From Azolla caroliniana (lineage: Eukaryota > Plantae > Polypodiophyta), in assembly GCA_043228905.1 (NCBI GenBank), contig JBHGNT010000009.1, forward strand, positions 10,168,001 to 10,232,000: a stretch of DNA of 64,000 nucleotides. The letters are read 5' to 3'. Position numbers and translations under genes: made by a program. Below the pieces are notes generated by a model that had not been told where the DNA came from, made no database searches, and was given only the letters and a program-made list of their open reading frames with translations. Numbering within the stretch: position 1 is the stretch's first letter; the number at the start of each line of letters is the position of its first letter. Shown here piece after piece: positions 61,425 to 64,000 of the stretch.

Positions 61425-62974
61425 TTCTTCTTCTTCTTCTTCTTCGATCGGTTCGGTTTCTTGTCCGAATCCAGCCGGTTCATCGAGTGTCAATATGTTA
61501 CCAACTATCTTTCGGTTTTCAACCGAGTAGGTCCTTTTGTCCTCAAACCGGTTTTCATTTGATGATCCGGAGTTCATCACCTTCTTCTCAGACTCCCAGT
61601 CGGCAATGGTCCTATCTTCCATGAAGACTATGTCCCGACTCTAGAACACCTTCTTGTCGACTAGATCCCATACTCAATATCCGAACTCATCATCGCCATA
61701 TCCGAGGAATATGCATGGCCTGGACTTCGGATCCAACTTTGCTCACTTGTCCTTTGCAACATGCACATATGCGAGACATCCAAAGACCTTCAGATGCTGG
61801 TAAGACACGTCTTTACCGGTCCATACTCTCTGTGGTGTGTCTCCTTCCAAGGGTGTTGAGGGTGATCTGTTGATCACATACGTTGCCGTCATCAGCGCCT
61901 CAGCCCAAAACGTCTTGGGTAGCTTTGCATGTGCCAGGATGCTCCGGTCTCTCTCCATCACGGTCCGGTTCATTCGTTCGACCAGCCCGTTCAATTCCAG
62001 CGTCTTCGGCATGGTGAATTTGAGTCGGATTCCCTTCGACTGGTAGTACTCCTCGAACTACCCCCGATATTCTCCTCTATTGTCTGCTCGAACCGCCTTC
62101 AGCTTCTGACCGGTTTCTCTTTCCACTCTCGCGTGGAGCTCCTTGAAGATAGACAACACCTGATCCTTCGTCTTCAACAGTGAGACCCACAACTTCCGGT
62201 TGTGATTGTCTATGAACGTCACGAAGTACTGCGATCCGGCATGTGACTTTGTGTCGCCTTGACACATCGGTATGCACTACTTCCAGTGGTGCATTCCGTC
62301 TCATCAGTGGTCTTGACCGGAAGGAGGTTCGGTTTTGCTTGCCGGCCAAGCAATCGATGCACTTCTCAAGTTGCACGTCCTTCACTGGAATGAGATTGTC
62401 TTCGGCAAGTCTTCTCATCCCCTTCTGGCTCATGTGGCATAATCTCTTGTGCCACAACTCACTGACAATATCAAATGCTACGTTCACTTCTTCCCAGAAT
62501 ATCTGGGCCTGCATCAGGTACAATGTGTTGATCTTCCAGGCTCGAGCCACAATCAAGATTCCCTTGCTGAACTTCATAACTCCGTTCTGGATGCTACATG
62601 TGTAGCCTTCATCATCTAGCCGACCGGCTGATATCAGGTTCAACCGAACCTCCGGAATGTGTCGGACATCCTTCAACAACAACTTGCATCCGGTTGATGT
62701 CGTCATCAACACATCTCCTATGTCGACAATTCGGCATGTAACTTCATTCCTCATCCGGACACAACTGTGATCTCCGACTATGTAGGATGAGAAGCATTTC
62801 CGGCTTGGTGTTAGGTGGAACGATGCTCCGGAAGCGACAACCCACGTTGTCTCCTTGCCGACAAGGTTTAAGTCATTCTCCTTGGCAATGAGCATCGGTT
62901 GTTCTTCACTTGTCATGATTGCTGACGTTCCCTTCCAATTCAACCCTTTCCGGTCCGAATAGTTCCTCTCCAAA
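61425..62974 (-). mobile_element. Tnt1-like Ty1/copia internal fragment (PR, GAG-pre-INT, INT)
   Basis: WVVASGASFH, LWHKRLCH, VHTDV, RADNRGEY, NGLVERMNRT. Confidence 0.88.
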
Positions 62975-64000
62975 TGTTACCCGTATAGGTATACGGGAGG
63001 GTTAAGTGTAACGTGAAAGGTGTAATGTGGAATATGAAATGTGAATGTGTGAGTGTGTGAGTGTTAGGTGAGGTAAGTAGGTGTACCTACATCCATTCGG
63101 CTTTTTGTAAAGATCTTATATAAATCCTCACTCATGGGGCATGAAAATAGGGAATATTGAAGTTACCCACAAACTGTGTCTGTCTTGATTCTCTCTCTCT
63201 CTCTCTCTCATTCGTTCTCTCTGTGCATCTCATCTCTCCTCTCACACTCAAACCCCCTTGGGAGGGGGGTGGAACCGATCTTGGCTCCACCCCCCACCCA
63301 TAAACACATGGCATGCCCTACGGCCTACCCCTCTTGAGAAGAAGTCTATCTCTCCTTTTCCCTCTCCATCACTAATCTCTCTGTCTCCTTCACTGCGTGT
63401 TTGTGTCTTTGTGTTAAAAAGTGGTGTGTATGGACTCTCTGTTGAGAGCCAATCTGCGATGGCAATGGAGATTTCTCTTGCTTTTATTTCTAATGTATCT
63501 AAGGCCTGATGGACAGGGCCTTTCAATCCCCATTTCCCCATTTTGTTACTCTCTCTGCAAAAAACCCTAGCTACCCCAGAGTTCATCTCTACGTGTTTAG
63601 CTCTCTACGTCTCTAGATGTTTGTCTATGTTGTATGTGTGCATCTTCGGCCTTCTCTCCGTACTGTGGATCTCCAACTTAAACATGGAGGCTTTCAAAAG
63701 GAAGCTAGACACAATCATGGGAGTGAATCGCAATGGAGAAGTGAAGGTCGTGAAGAGGAAGTATTATGTAACAGTTCTTTTCCAACTCATGAAAAATGGA
63801 CTTAGGAGCATGTTGGAAGAATATGAGGAAGCAAAAGAGAAAGGGAACAAAACAGAAACGTAATCCAAGAGCCGACTGAGGAAGTGTTGGCTGAGAGATG
63901 GCCTGGAAAGCAGCTGAGAAGAGTTCAAGCCAACTGAGAACTAGAGAATTCGGCTGAGACAGCCGACCAGATAGGGTTGGCCCTACAGATGGTTTGACGG
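62975..64000 (+). mobile_element. Probable start of another LTR element, unclassified
   Basis: Abrupt TGTTACCC junction truncating the copia; CT-rich stretch; no recognisable domain. Confidence 0.4.

Noticed and set aside
63684-63863. Short ORF MEAFKRKLD...
   Set aside because: Too short, no recognisable domain, and context truncated by the window edge

Overview
Eukaryotic plant genomic DNA, most likely from a non-seed plant such as a fern (inferred from the TE lineages and gene style, not proven). About 85% is a nested stack of decayed transposons: at least six Ty1/copia pieces, a self-priming chromovirus-like Ty3/gypsy, two related families (A and B) of an unusual tRNA-Trp-primed Ty3/gypsy clade, a gag-only non-autonomous LTR element, three LINE pieces and a hAT-type non-autonomous element carrying a near-full-length LINE. 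There is one host gene, a ~20-exon kinesin-7 (CENP-E/KIN7N-like) on + at 39507-44934, and a 100-N assembly gap at 29663-29762. The most interesting signal is the A/B gypsy clade. It combines (i) a conserved G GAU UUU slippery site plus a covarying H-type pseudoknot predicting a -1 frameshift after the protease, (ii) 4-bp target sites centred on CG or its deamination product at all eight visible insertion flanks, (iii) tRNA-Trp priming and (iv) in family B, an antisense tRNA-derived A/B-box module in U3. A similar module sits in the unrelated chromovirus-like LTR. All calls were made by eye with no database searches, so coordinates may be off by a few bases.
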